Source: the human T2T-CHM13v2.0 reference genome, Homo sapiens
Length of the DNA stretch: 64,000 nt
Direction: 5' to 3' (one strand)
Assembly: GCF_009914755.1 (NCBI RefSeq)
Contig: NC_060948.1
The translations under genes and the position numbers were made by a program. The notes beneath the pieces were generated by a model. That model saw only the letters and a program-made list of their open reading frames with translations, was not told where the DNA came from and ran no database searches. Shown piece by piece: positions 20,138-36,200 of this stretch (the stretch's first letter is position 1; each line of letters begins with the position of its first letter).

Positions 20138-21919
20138 AGAAAAATTTTAATTATAAAATAAAATAGTTCAAAATACTACACAAGTGTAGGTATGCCTAGA
20201 AAGTTATTACAAGGCAAATACTCTCTAAACAACCGCAAGGTCCCCTAGGAGACCCTCCAGTGTTCCAACCTGAACACAGTCCCCTCTTCTTTCCCAAGAT
20301 GGATCACTTCCACCTCCTTGATTTGCATAAGAGTTTATGCCCAAATGGACACCTTCAGACACTAGAGCTGAGTTCTGCCCATCCTCGCTATCTTCAAAGT
20401 CATGTTTAATCTATAGGTCCCCTTCACCTCTACCTCTGATTCGCCTGCTGAAAGGCCTTCATTTGGTTGTCTGCATACTTGTGGTCCAGGGTGACTGGCT
20501 CTTACATCCACCTGGAGCCCAGCCTATGCTCCAGCTGGCCCTCAGCAACACAGCAATGCTGCCACCCAGAGGCACTAGGTCCAGGTTCTCCTCTGCTGTT
20601 GTGGTGGCCACTCATGCTCAGCACCCAGACAGACACTATATCACTAAAGGATGGAAAGGGAGATGACCTGTCCTCCTTTTTACTTTCAGCTGGAACAGAA
20701 GCAAACAGGTCACCTTCTACCCTTTTGGGCTGGGTGTGGTCACACAGTAGAACAGCTCCTGCAGGAAAGGGTGGCTCCCTGTTCCTCTTCACCCACATTT
20801 TAAGACAATGAACTGGCACTGCCAACCCCAGATGGTGACCAGTGGGGTGAGCTCCAGTATTTCATGAGTTTCAATACAATGTGATTAATAATAATACCAA
20901 CTGTTATTACTATGGGATAATATAATTAGAATGTTAAATATTATAATGTAATAACAACAATTATTATTATTACAGAATCTCATATTGTCCCATGATTGGC
21001 CAATGGGAATCATTTCATGTGGTGCTTTAGCACTGGCAACATGAACCTAGTAGACTTTGGTGATTTCACTGCAATCTGATATTGTAAGATGCTCATTGCT
21101 ACTGTACTGGACATTGTTTCGAGGTATTTTCAGTAGACAGAGCAAGAAGAGAGCGAGGGGGAGAGAGAACTAACAAACATAAGTTAACTCGTGAGTTCCT
21201 ACTGACATTGCCAATTCCAAGTCAATACACAGGATGTTTTATTTAGCCTCTTCTATCCTACAGCTGCATGTCCTTTCTTTCATATTGAGAATCCTGATTT
21301 TCAAGAACTCGGGGGAAGACAGAATTAGATTTCTAACAGGCTCTGTGGCTGTGGGTGGTGTGTTTGGATCTGCCAGCATTTTGAGCTTTGTAGAGCAAAG
21401 TGATAATTTCATTTTATAGTAAATGCTGTCTAGGGGTTCTTGGCTCTAACTAGTTGCTTAGTCTCTCCTCTTAGATATACATGTTAATTTAAAAATCAAC
21501 AATCTTATTGAGATCTAATGGCCACACAATAATCCTCATGCTTAACATATAAAATCTGATGTGTTATGGCGCATGTGCACATCTGTGAAACCACCATTAA
21601 CATCATGACATCTCCATAATCATGAAGGTATATACACGCCCTCTTCTGCTGACTGCAGGTGTGTAGCAATCTGCTTTATGTTGCCAGCTCTGTTGCTGTT
21701 GTTGCAAGGATTTGGGAACGTATGACAACTGTTGCACAACCATCTCCAAGGATTTGAGAACTGCATATGACTTAATAGACAGAAACTGAACTGTACCTTC
21801 TAGTGGGACATATCCTAAGGGAAAAAAAATTACAAATTTTAAATAACCTTCCATTACCATAACATTCATGTTCACGTTAGTGCTGTAATACGGAAACACA
21901 TATACACATATGCAAGCAT

Positions 21920-22510
21920 GAGCTGCCATCACTTTGCACAGTTAACATGGGAACATAAACATGACCATTTAAGCTAAATCCATGCAGTGTAATCTTAATA
22001 ATTAAAGGGAAAATGGCAGTCATTTCATGGCTATTAAAAACTTGTCAGAAGACTGAAACTTTCTTCCTGTCAATTATAAATGTATGTAGAGACAAAAAGA
22101 ATACAACTAGTGTTCACTGAGTACACTGTAATTTAAACAGTGGAAACACTGAAAGTAAGTGTCTTCTTTCTTAAAATCTTACAGAAGTTTGAACACAACT
22201 TGCCTCCTCCTCATCACACAATTTATGATACAAAGAGAGCATCTTCTCAAGGCTTGGGCACTGCCATGTGGCCATGGAAACTTGAGATGAGCTTACATTG
22301 TGCACTGTAGAGGCTTTCAGTGTCATGAAACACACCTGAGAATTCCTTTAATGTGAAATTTTTTGTTGGCATCACTTCCTTCAGGACAGCTTAATCTTTT
22401 TCAGCACAATGATTTTCCCCATTTATGTCAGTAAGTTCAACTTCACTCAATTCCTCTGGTTTGACAGCGGCCTGAAGGGCAGCGGTGTGAACAATCCATT
22501 CACTTTCCCC
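21920..22510. mobile_element. Probable Tigger-type DNA transposon remnant
   Basis: Resembles Tigger internal sequence (ttcctttaatgtgaaatttttt region); TIRs not confirmed. Confidence 0.35.
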
Positions 22511-22599
22511 CAGCTTCCTTCAAAGCCATGATTGCACCTTGCATTCCAGCCTGAGTGACAGAGTGAGACCCTGTCTCACACACACACATACATGAAAAA

Positions 22600-26025
<3,426 letters not shown>

Positions 26026-26529
26026 TAAAAAAGGTGTTGTTCACTCTAGGAATAAGTTTTGAATAACAAATTAAAAGCTCTCAATTTAGGTCGATGATAC
26101 AACTGCAATCTATCTTTTCTCTTAAAATGTATCTATATAACTTTGCTATACTAGTATAAAAATATTCATATTTCACAAATAAATTGCTTTTCATAACAGC
26201 CCTTCCCAAACATGAACAGTCTTAAATTTTGGAAATGGACAAAATTTCAGCAGTGCTAATATACTACGATGGTATTGAAGCAACAATCAGATTTAAATAA
26301 TACGTAGATTTTTAAAAATATTTTTAAATAAAAAAGACCTATCAAGTTTATACATATATAGACTTTCAAATATACTTTCAAACCTTCAGTTTTAATTCTA
26401 TTTTTAGGAAACAGTTATGTAACAACATAGGAAAATGGTAGCATCAATTAGACTGAACACAATATGCTCATTAGCAAACAATCTTTCATGTATGACTTGA
26501 GAAAGTCTAGAAAGATTCAGAAGCAAACC

Positions 26530-28540
26530 ATGTAAAGCTGTACAGCAGAGCCAAGGTGAAAACAAGAAACCAGGAAAGAAAGCAAAACTTCAAATACATG
26601 AATCAAAAACAGACAGAATTGAAGGAAAAAATAGATATTGCAACAGAAATATTGACAAAATTCAACACCACACTTTCAATAATTGTAGGACAACTAGATA
26701 GAAGATATATAAGGAAAAAGAAGATTTAAACAATGCTGCAGACCAACTAGTAGAGAAATCTATAGAGCATTCCACTCAACAGGAGCAGAATATAGATTTT
26801 GCTCAAGTGCATACAGAACATTCACAAGGATATCCAATGTGTTAGGACATTAAACAAAGTTGAATACATTTAAACAGACAGAAATAATATAAAGTGGCCA
26901 GGCGCTGTGGCTCATGCCTGTAATCCCAAACTTTAGAGGCTGAGGTGGCCGATAGCCTAAGGTTGGGAGTTCGAGACCAGCCTGGTCAGCATGGTGAAAC
27001 CCTGTCTCTACTAAAAATGCAAAAACTAGCTGGGCATGATGGCAGGCACCTGTAATCTCAGCTACTTGGGAAGCTTAGGCAGGAGAATTGCTTGAACCCA
27101 GGAGGCAGAGGTTGCAGTGAGCCAAGATCATACCATTGCACTGCAGCCTGGGCAATAGCGTAAGACTCCGTCTCAAAAAAAAAATAAATAATAATAATAA
27201 TAATAATAAAGTATGTACTCCAACTACAATGGAATGGAATTAGAAATCAATAACAAAGAAATTTAGAAAATTTATAAATATGTGGAAATTCATATTCATT
27301 AATAAACTATGAATCAGGCCACATAAGGTGACTCACAGCTCTAATCCCAGGACTTTAGGAGGCTGAGGTAGGAGAATCCCATGAGGCCAGGAGCTTAAGA
27401 CCAGCCTGGGCAATACAGCAAGATGCTGTTTCTACAACAAAATTTAAAAGTTATTCAGGTGTGTTATGTGTGCCAGTATTCCTAGCTATTTGAGAGGCTG
27501 AAGCAGGAGGAATGCTTGACCTCAAGAGTTCAAGGTTATAGTGATCATCATAGTGAACTATAATCATGCCACTGTACTCCAGACTGGGTAACAGAGCAAG
27601 AACCTGTCTCCATTTAAATAAATAAATTAATAAGGAACGAAGCAAATAAGAAATCACAAGGGAAATCAGCAAATTATTTTGAAATGTATGAAAACAATTA
27701 GAAAATACCAAACATCATGAAATACAGAAAGACAGTGCTTAGATGAAAATTTGTAGTTTTAAGTACCGGTATTGAAAAAGAAGGCCTCGAAATCAATAAT
27801 CTGACCTTCTGCCTTAATAAACTATAAAAAGAAAAGTAAACTGAAAAGAAAGCAAGTGGAAGGAAACAATACAAATAGAAACCAATAAATCTAATAAAGA
27901 ACAGAAAAACAATTGAGAAAAATCATTAAAACCAAAAGTTGGTTATTTTAAAAGATCAACAAAATTAAGAAACCTTTAGCTAGTGACCAAGGAAAAAAGA
28001 GAAAAGAGTTCAATTATTAAAATCAGACACAAAAGGGGGTAAGTTACTACCAACATTACAGAAATGAAAAGGACTACAAAGAAATCCTGAAAACAACTGC
28101 ATAGCAACAGTTGAGATAACCTAGATAAAGAGAACAAATTCTGAGAAGGACACAAACTAACAAAATTGACTCATGAAGAGGCAGACAATCTGAATAACTC
28201 TCTAACAAGTAAAGAAACTGAATTAGTAATTTTTTTTAAAAATTAAAGTCCAGTCCTGGATGGTTTCATTGGTGAATTCTACCAAACCCTTAACAAAGAA
28301 CTAATAATAATTCCTCACAAACTCTTCCAAAAAACAGAAACACTTTCTAACTCATTCTACTAAGGCCAATGTTACCCTGACACAAAAACAAACATAACAC
28401 AAGAAAAAGCAAAAGAAAAAAACTATAAGCCAATACATACTTTATGAATAGAGATGCAAAAAGCCTTAACAAAACATTAACAAATCAAATCCAACAACAC
28501 ACAGGATTATATATGCATGATCAAGGGTTATTTATTCTGG
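26530..28540 (+). mobile_element. Old L1M ORF2 fragment with nested Alus (26896-27209, 27317-27632)
   Basis: EN-to-RT remnants ending abruptly at catgatcaagggttatttattc. Confidence 0.8.
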
Positions 28541-28553
28541 CCTCTGTATTCAG

Positions 28554-28639
28554 TTAAAGAGATGAGCCTTTCAATGGACTGGAAGGCCTGCAGAGCTCTC
28601 CCACTCAGCAGTCTGTGCTGTCAAAGCAATGGACTACAA
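28554..28639 (+). pseudogene. Candidate pseudo-exon M on the opposite strand
   Basis: ctgtattcag acceptor, gtgagt donor; 86 nt phase 0-2: LKR*AFQWTGRPAELSHSAVCAVKAMDY. Confidence 0.55.
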
Positions 28640-28861
28640 GTGAGTAATTTGCATGTGACAAACTATGAAGGCAGCCTAAATGATTTTACTACACTATTCT
28701 TAAGAAGAGCAGCCGAAATATTTGAAAAGAAGAGCACATTATACTCCAATACTGGCAAACGATGGCTTCAAAATACAAGCATTAACACTCAAAAAATAAG
28801 TATCACCAATTGCAAAGAGAATTAATAAGAAGTCTTCCAGAAGGAAAAGCAATTAGGATGA

Positions 28862-29276
28862 TAATCAGTTAAGGTAACACCAGCTATGGTAAATGACTAA
28901 TCTTGCAAACTAAAGTGCTTAACAGTAGGAGTTTATTTCTCTTTCAAATACAGTTCATTTGGTAATGGAAGGGGAGGGGTTCTGTTCCACACATTTATTC
29001 AGGAAGCCAGACTCATGGAAGCTTTGCCATCTTTAACAAGCAGTTTCCAAGACTCTGCTAGTCGTGGTCACCTACCCAACAATGGGGAAGAGAAAAGCAG
29101 GTACCTGCAAAAGAGGTTAGGTGCAAGGCTAGATGTGATATACCAGACTTTTGGCTCCACTTTCTGCCACATTTCAGTGACATGGTCCCACCTAACAGCA
29201 TGAAAGGAAGTCTACCTGTGCTTGCAAGAGGAAAGGGAAATGAGTTGGAAAACTAGCCAGCCAGTCCCTGCCACAG
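28862..29276. mobile_element. Probable old MaLR (MLT1-type) LTR
   Basis: MLT1-like motifs (tttatttctctttca; tcacatggtcccacctaac; ctgccaca end). Confidence 0.5.
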
Positions 29277-29799
29277 TTAGGAAAATAAAAACTCGCATGA
29301 AACACAATAATAAAGTAAATGTATCAAGTAGACAGAGGTCACTAGATTACCAGGTAGAGCTGAACTCCTGTTACAATGTTAATAACCATAACTACAACTG
29401 AAAGAAAACATTTTTCTTCTTTCTTATGACTAAAAATGTTCCTTTTAAAAGTATGTTGTTTATAAACAAAAACTAAATCAGTAACTCTGAAATCTAACTT
29501 ATTTTTGTAGGGTTTTCATACTAAAAATAATAAGATACATGCTTAGTTTCTAATAAAAATAATAACATGCTTAGATTCCTATAAAACTGCTCGTTTATTT
29601 AATAAAGTCAGAAAGGCAGGGCAGAAAGAATCTCTGGATATTACCTGATATACTTCCTTCATTTCAGAGAAGATGAAAACGTGCGCCTATTTGGCAAGGT
29701 CATACACCCGGAAATTGACCAAAGTGACTCGAACTCAGGTTTCCTGATTTCCGACAGTTTTTCTTTTTTTTTAATTTTTAACTTTTTCATGTCACTTAC

Positions 29800-30710
29800 T
29801 ATTTATTTTTATTATACTTTAAGTTCTGGGATCCATGTGCAGATGTGCAGGTTCATTACACAGGTATACACATGACATGGTGGTTTGCTGCACCCATCAA
29901 CTGGTCATCTACATTAGGTATTTCTTCTAAAGCTATCCCCTCCATAGCCCCCCACCGCCCAACATTCCCAGTGTGTGATGTTCCCCATGCGGTGTTTGGT
30001 TTTCTATTCCTCTGTTACTCTGCTGAGAATGATGGCTTCCAGCTTCATCTATGTCCCTGCAGAGGACATGAACTCATCCTTTTTTATGTCTGCATAGTAT
30101 TCCATAGTGTATATGTACCACATTTTCTTTCCCTAGTCTATCACTGACAGGCATGTGAGTTGGTTCCATGTCTTTGCTATTGTGAATAATGTTGCTATAA
30201 ACATACGTATGCATGTGCCTTTATAACAGAATAATTTATAATCCCTTGAGTATATACCCAATAATGGGACCACTGGGTCAAATGGTGTTTCTGGTTATAG
30301 ATTCTTGAGGAATAGCCACACTGTCTTTCACAATGGTTGAACTAATTTACACTCCCACCAACAGTGGAAAAGTGTTCCCATTTCTCCACATCCTCTCCAG
30401 CATCTGTTGTTTTCTGACTTTTTAATGATCACCATTCTAACTGGCGTGAGATGGTATCTCATTGTGGTTTTGATTTGCAGTTTTCTCTAACGACCAGTGA
30501 TGAAGAGTTTTTTGTCATGTTTGTTGTCTGCATAAATGTCATCTTTTGTGACGTGTCCGTTCATACCATTCACCCACTTTTGGATGGGTTTGTTTCTTGT
30601 AAATTTGTTTAAGTTGTTGGTAGCTTCTGGATATTAACCCTTTGTCAGATGGATAGATTGAAAAAAATGTTTTCTCCCATTCTGTAGGTTGTCTGTTCAC
30701 TCTTATGATA
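29800..30710 (-). mobile_element. L1PA 3' end (intermediate age), 5'-truncated
   Basis: Antisense L1PA 3'UTR and ORF2 C-terminus. Confidence 0.9.
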
Positions 30711-30752
30711 GAACAAAATTAACTTGGCCACAGTAGGCTTCTATCCAATTAC

Positions 30753-30841
30753 CTCTTTTTTATCTTTGTGTTTTGAAAGTTCAGGCCATATAAATAGGAA
30801 CTTTTCTGTAAAGTCCACCTCTACTCAGTAGGCAAAACTAT
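30753..30841 (-). pseudogene. Candidate pseudo-exon D
   Basis: gaacag acceptor, gtaatt donor; 89 nt phase 1-0, joins C and E in frame: (D)[28 protein letters not shown]. Confidence 0.65.
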
Positions 30842-30868
30842 CTGTTCATACATACCGCTAAACATTTA

Positions 30869-32729
30869 TTTTTTTTTCTTTGTTTTTGAGATGGAGTCTC
30901 ACTCTGTCACCCAGGCTGTAGTGCAGTGGCGTGATCTGGGCTCACTGCAACCTCTGCCTCCAAGTTCAAATGACTCTCCCGTGTCAGCCTCCTGAGTATC
31001 TGGGATTACACGCATGCGTCATCCAGCTAATTTTTTCATTGTTAGTAAAGATGGGGTTTCCCCATATTGGCCAGGCTGGACTCAAACTCTTAACTTCAGG
31101 TGATCTGCCTGCCTCAGCCTCCTAAACTGTTGGGATTACAGGCATGAAATATGATGCCCGGCCACCCCTAAACATTTCTTTACATGAGTCAATACTCACA
31201 CAATTAGGATTATTACTGTCAATGTATGTACTTTCACCAGTAAATAGAATATGAACTCTTTGAAGGTTGCTGCCTTTTGTATCCTGAGCAAAAATTAGTG
31301 CCTGGTACATACATAATTATTTGCTGAATTGACGAATAAAACTGCAAATGCAAAATAGCAATCAAATTTTAATAACAATCATTTAATTAGATATCATTAT
31401 GAATCTGAATGAAAACACACATCGGATACATAGGTCCTGATAGGATTATTTTTAAGCAAATATATCACACAGCAGATGCATTTTTAAATATCAACAATTA
31501 AACATGATTTAGATATTAATGAATTCAATATATTATCAAATAAAATTTTTATAGGATCATTTCTACTTTTATCTTTTAGAATGAAAATTAAACTACTAGA
31601 TTATCATCCCCGTAACTGGAGTGCATATATTTTCTTTGTAAAGCAGCTTCATCAAAAAATGAGGACTCTTTTTTCAAAGGTTTCATGCGTCTATTATAGT
31701 CAAAGTAAAATACTCTTTCTACAGAATATTTCTCATTGCTGCATACTAAAAATGTAATAAAAATTGTTTTTGCTTGTGTAGATGGTTGTAAATTTCAATT
31801 TTTGCAATAATAATATATAGATAAGTTTTTTAAAAAGTAAAAATACCAGTTTTTTATGAAGTCCTAAAAAACACCATGTTGGACAGAATTAATTGATTCT
31901 GCAAAGAGTTTTACAAAAGATTTAATTATCTATATGCAGGTCTATAAATTAACACAATTCCATTCCAAAGAAGAAATAGCTATAGAAACAACTAAAATAA
32001 TGTTACAATTAAAATTTTGCAGCAAGACATGATAGCTCATGCACTTTGGGAGACCAAGGCGGGTGGATCACCTGAGGTCAGGAGTTCTAGACCAGCCTGG
32101 CCAACATGGTGAAACACTGTCTCTACTAAAAAGACAAAAATTAGCCAGATGTGGTGGCACAGGGCAGTAATCCCAGCTACTTGGGGGGCTGAAGCAGGAG
32201 AATCACTTGAACCCGGAAGGGAGAAGTTGCAATGAGCCAAGATAACATTGCCCTCTACCCTGGGCAAGAGAGCGAGACTCTGTCTCAAAAAAAAAAAAAA
32301 AAAAAAAAATTGTTGAAGTAACTAACACTTATAATTTGTATATAAAAATTGATATTTTAATTCACATTTTAGTTAAAATGCTAAGATTTTTTTACCATTA
32401 GTGAGCATTTAGTGGTGACTTTAAAAGTGTTTCATGTCAGCCAGGCATGGTGGCTCATGCTGGTAATCTCAGCACTTTGGAAGGCCAACGTGGGATGATT
32501 ACTTGAGCCCAGGAGTTTGAGACCAGCCCAGGCAACATGGCAAAACTCCACTTCCACAAAATGTTTAAAAAGTAGCCGGGTGCAGTGGTAGGCCCACGGT
32601 CCCCACTACTTGGGAGGCTAAGGGTTGAGGATGGCTTCAGCCAGGGAGGTCAAAGCTGCAGTAAGCCATGTTCATGCCACTGTACTTCAGCCTGGGCAGC
32701 AGAGCAAGACCTTGTCTCAAAAGAAAAAA
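30869..32729. mobile_element. Three Alus: 30869-31163 (-), 32030-32309 (+, 5'-truncated), 32439-32729 (+)
   Basis: Alu consensus and tails; first has TSD ctaaacattt. Confidence 0.9.
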
Positions 32730-33299
32730 TTTCAAGTATGAAAAAATGTTAAATACTGCCATTTATGTGTCCTCTGTTAGTCCTTAACCAATACGTATAA
32801 CATAGCAGGTACTGCATTATAAAAAACAATGTCCTCCCCATTAGACTACATGGCCAAGGAAAGTGACGACAGTGGTCCTCCAATGTCCAACACAGAACAG
32901 AGAACATCATAAACCAAACACGTAATGGACATTAAAGTATAAATCTACAACTGAATAAGCAAGCAAACAAAAAATCCTGCAAATTTAAGGAGATATTCTT
33001 TCATGACACAGAAAAACTGAAAGATATTTACGGCATTTAAAACTTTTACAAGTCACTATTCATACATTTAATCAATATCACTAACAGTTCTATCAGTTGG
33101 GAAAGCTAAATTAGCCTAAAGAAAAAAATATATTTAGAATACTTCACACAATGTCATGAATTATGTATAGTTTTTGAACTTAATAAAGACTTAACTATCC
33201 ATGGTAAATAAATGGATTGTCAGTGAACAAGTAATAAACTCAAATGTTAAAGCTGAAGGAAGCTATGTTGTCAGATAGTGCTGTTTCTTTCTAACGCTA

Positions 33300-36200
33300 A
33301 GAAAAAAACTAACACTAGAATAAAACTAACAAAAATGTGTAAGATCTCTACACAAAAAAACTATAAAATATTGAGAGAAATAAAACCTAAATAGAATATA
33401 TTGAGTTCAGAAATTAGAATGTACATTACTGAAAGTAGGTCAAATGCTCATAAATTTGTCTATATATCCAAACCCAGTCAAAATCTTAGCTTCTTTTTTT
33501 TTTTTTGGTGGGAATTGACAAGGTACTCCTAATGTATACAAGGAAATGCAAAAGTCTTCTGATGAAATGTGAAGATTAACTCTATAACCTAATAAAACTA
33601 GATTAAAGTAGTCAAGAAAAGATAGGATTACACAAAGACAGATGGCTACACCAATGCAAAACTAGATGTCCAAAAGTAGGTCCACATATATATGGACACT
33701 ATTTATGTAGTCTCCTTATTATCATTAAAGAGATAATCATCCTTTAAATCAATAGTGCTGAAAAAACTGAGTACTGTCAGGGAATGAGGGGAGATGATAC
33801 CTGATCTTGACTTCAATATGAACACAAAACCTATTTAGAATTACAGTTCTAAATGTGAAAGAACACTAAAATGCCTAAAAGAAAAAAATCATCTTTCCTC
33901 ATTGAATTGTCATCGCTCATCAAACATTACAAGAATAGTTTCATAACTTTTTGGTAGTGAAGGATTGCTTAATCAACACCACTATCATCAACAAAAATTT
34001 TCCTAAAAAACTAATCTTGAACGAAAAGATTAATAAAGCAGACTTTACTAAATTTAAGAATTTCTGTTTAACACAGCCTGCAGGAAAGAAGAGGAAGATA
34101 TCTGCAACGCATATATAACTTAACAAAGAACTCCAATCCAGAATGCATAAAGGCCAAAAACTGATGAGAAGAAGGGATATCTTAGAAGAAAAATGCCAAG
34201 AAATTTTGACAGGCTTGTCACAAAAAATAAAGGCATATATGAAAGCATATGAAAAAGTACACAATGTTATTAGACTCTGTAGAAAGATGCATTAAAACCA
34301 CTTCTACATATTTATCATAAATGCTAAGTTTAAAAGGCTGAAAATGCAAATGTTGGCAAAAAAGGCTGAAAATGCAAGTGAAGGCACTGCCTGACTGGAG
34401 TATAACTTAATATATCATTTGGCAAAATCATGTGAAGGGTTTACTAGAGCGGAACTGCATGACCCAAAACACAGCAGCTCCTGCAACAGGTAGATGTGTA
34501 CACCAAGAGATATAGTCAAATATGACACAAAAGTATCATTCATACTAGATAAAACTTAGATGTAACCCAAATATCCATCAACAGTAAAATGGATAAAAGT
34601 CATACGGCATTACAAAATGGGTGGGTAACAACTACACAAAACATGGATGCATTTTCACAAATAGCATGGGGCTAAAAAGGCACCCGCCCAAACACACTCC
34701 TACCTCAGTCAATTTTCTGGGCATTATTGTCAAAATTCAATTAACCATAAATTTCAGACTTTATTTATGGACTCTCCACTGTGAACTCAATGCTAGCTCT
34801 ACAGTCTTGATTACTGTAAATCTGTATTAAATTTTCAAATGAAGTGTGAGTATTCAAAATTTGCCCATCTTTTTCAAAACTGTTTTGGCTATTCTGGGGC
34901 GCTTCAATGTCCATATGAATTTTAGAGGCAGTTTGTCAATTTCTGCAAAGACTTTAACTGGGATTTGAGAATGGTAACACTTAATCTATAGATCAATTTA
35001 GGGTACACGGCCTTTTGAACAACATATAATTTGAACTATGATCATGGACTGTCTTTCCATATACTTTGGTCTCTTTAATATGTTTCAGCAATATTTGGTA
35101 GTTTTTAAAATGCAAATTTTGCACTTATTTTGTTGAAATTTATTCATAATAGTTTTAGAGGCAGATTCCTGTTCTTTTACCCAGGTTGGAGTGTAGTAAT
35201 GTGACCATGGCTCAATGCAGCCTTGAACTCCTGGGCCCAAGCAATCCTCCTGCCTCAGCTTCCTGAATAGCTAAGGACAACAGATGTATGCCACTGCATC
35301 TGGCTAATTCTTTAAATTCTTGGCTATGTTGTGCAGGCTGGTCTCAAATTCCTAGCTTTATGTGATCCTCTCACCTTGGCCTCCTAAAGTACCAGAATTA
35401 TAGGTTCACATGAGCTACCATGCTCCGGCCTTAAAAGACCATTACTCTTTATGTCCTTATTCTCTCTTATTTTGTACAGAGCACTCATAAACAAACTAGG
35501 TAATTTCAAACAGTAATTGGATACTTTCTGTTGCTTCTTCCTTCACCTCAAGACTAAGGGCATCAGAAGGGCAAAGAGACCTGTATTTTCCTAACACCAC
35601 ATGCGCATGTGCATGCTATGGTGTAGAAACACAGCTGCTTCTCTGACTAGTTACTCATTTGGTATATCTGGACTTTATGAAATTGACACAGGTTTTCTGT
35701 ATCAATATAAATTTATCTGTGATAAAGGTCCAAGGGTGCAACTACTGGGTAGTAGGATAGTTACACAGTTTTCTTTTTTTTTTTAAACTATCAAGAGATT
35801 TTCCAGAATAACTGTATTATTTGTATTTCCACCAGAAATGTACAAGTGATCCACTTAACATTGTTTACAACAACTGCTGTCACCATCCTTTCATTTTAGC
35901 TGTTCTGACATACACATACTGATATTTCAGTTTTAATTTGCATTTCCTGATGATTAATGAATGTTGAATTTATTTTCATGATTATTTTCTATCTGTAAAT
36001 CTTTGCCAAAATGTCTCTTTAAGTCTTTTGCTCATTTTCTAATTTGAATTTTTTACTGTTAAATTTTATGAGTTTTTATATATCATAGATGAAAAATCTT
36101 TGTCAGTTATACAGTTTACAGATATTTTCTCCCAATCTATAGCTCGTGTTTCATTGTATTCACTTTTTTTTGCAAAGTAAACATTTTTACTTTTAATGAG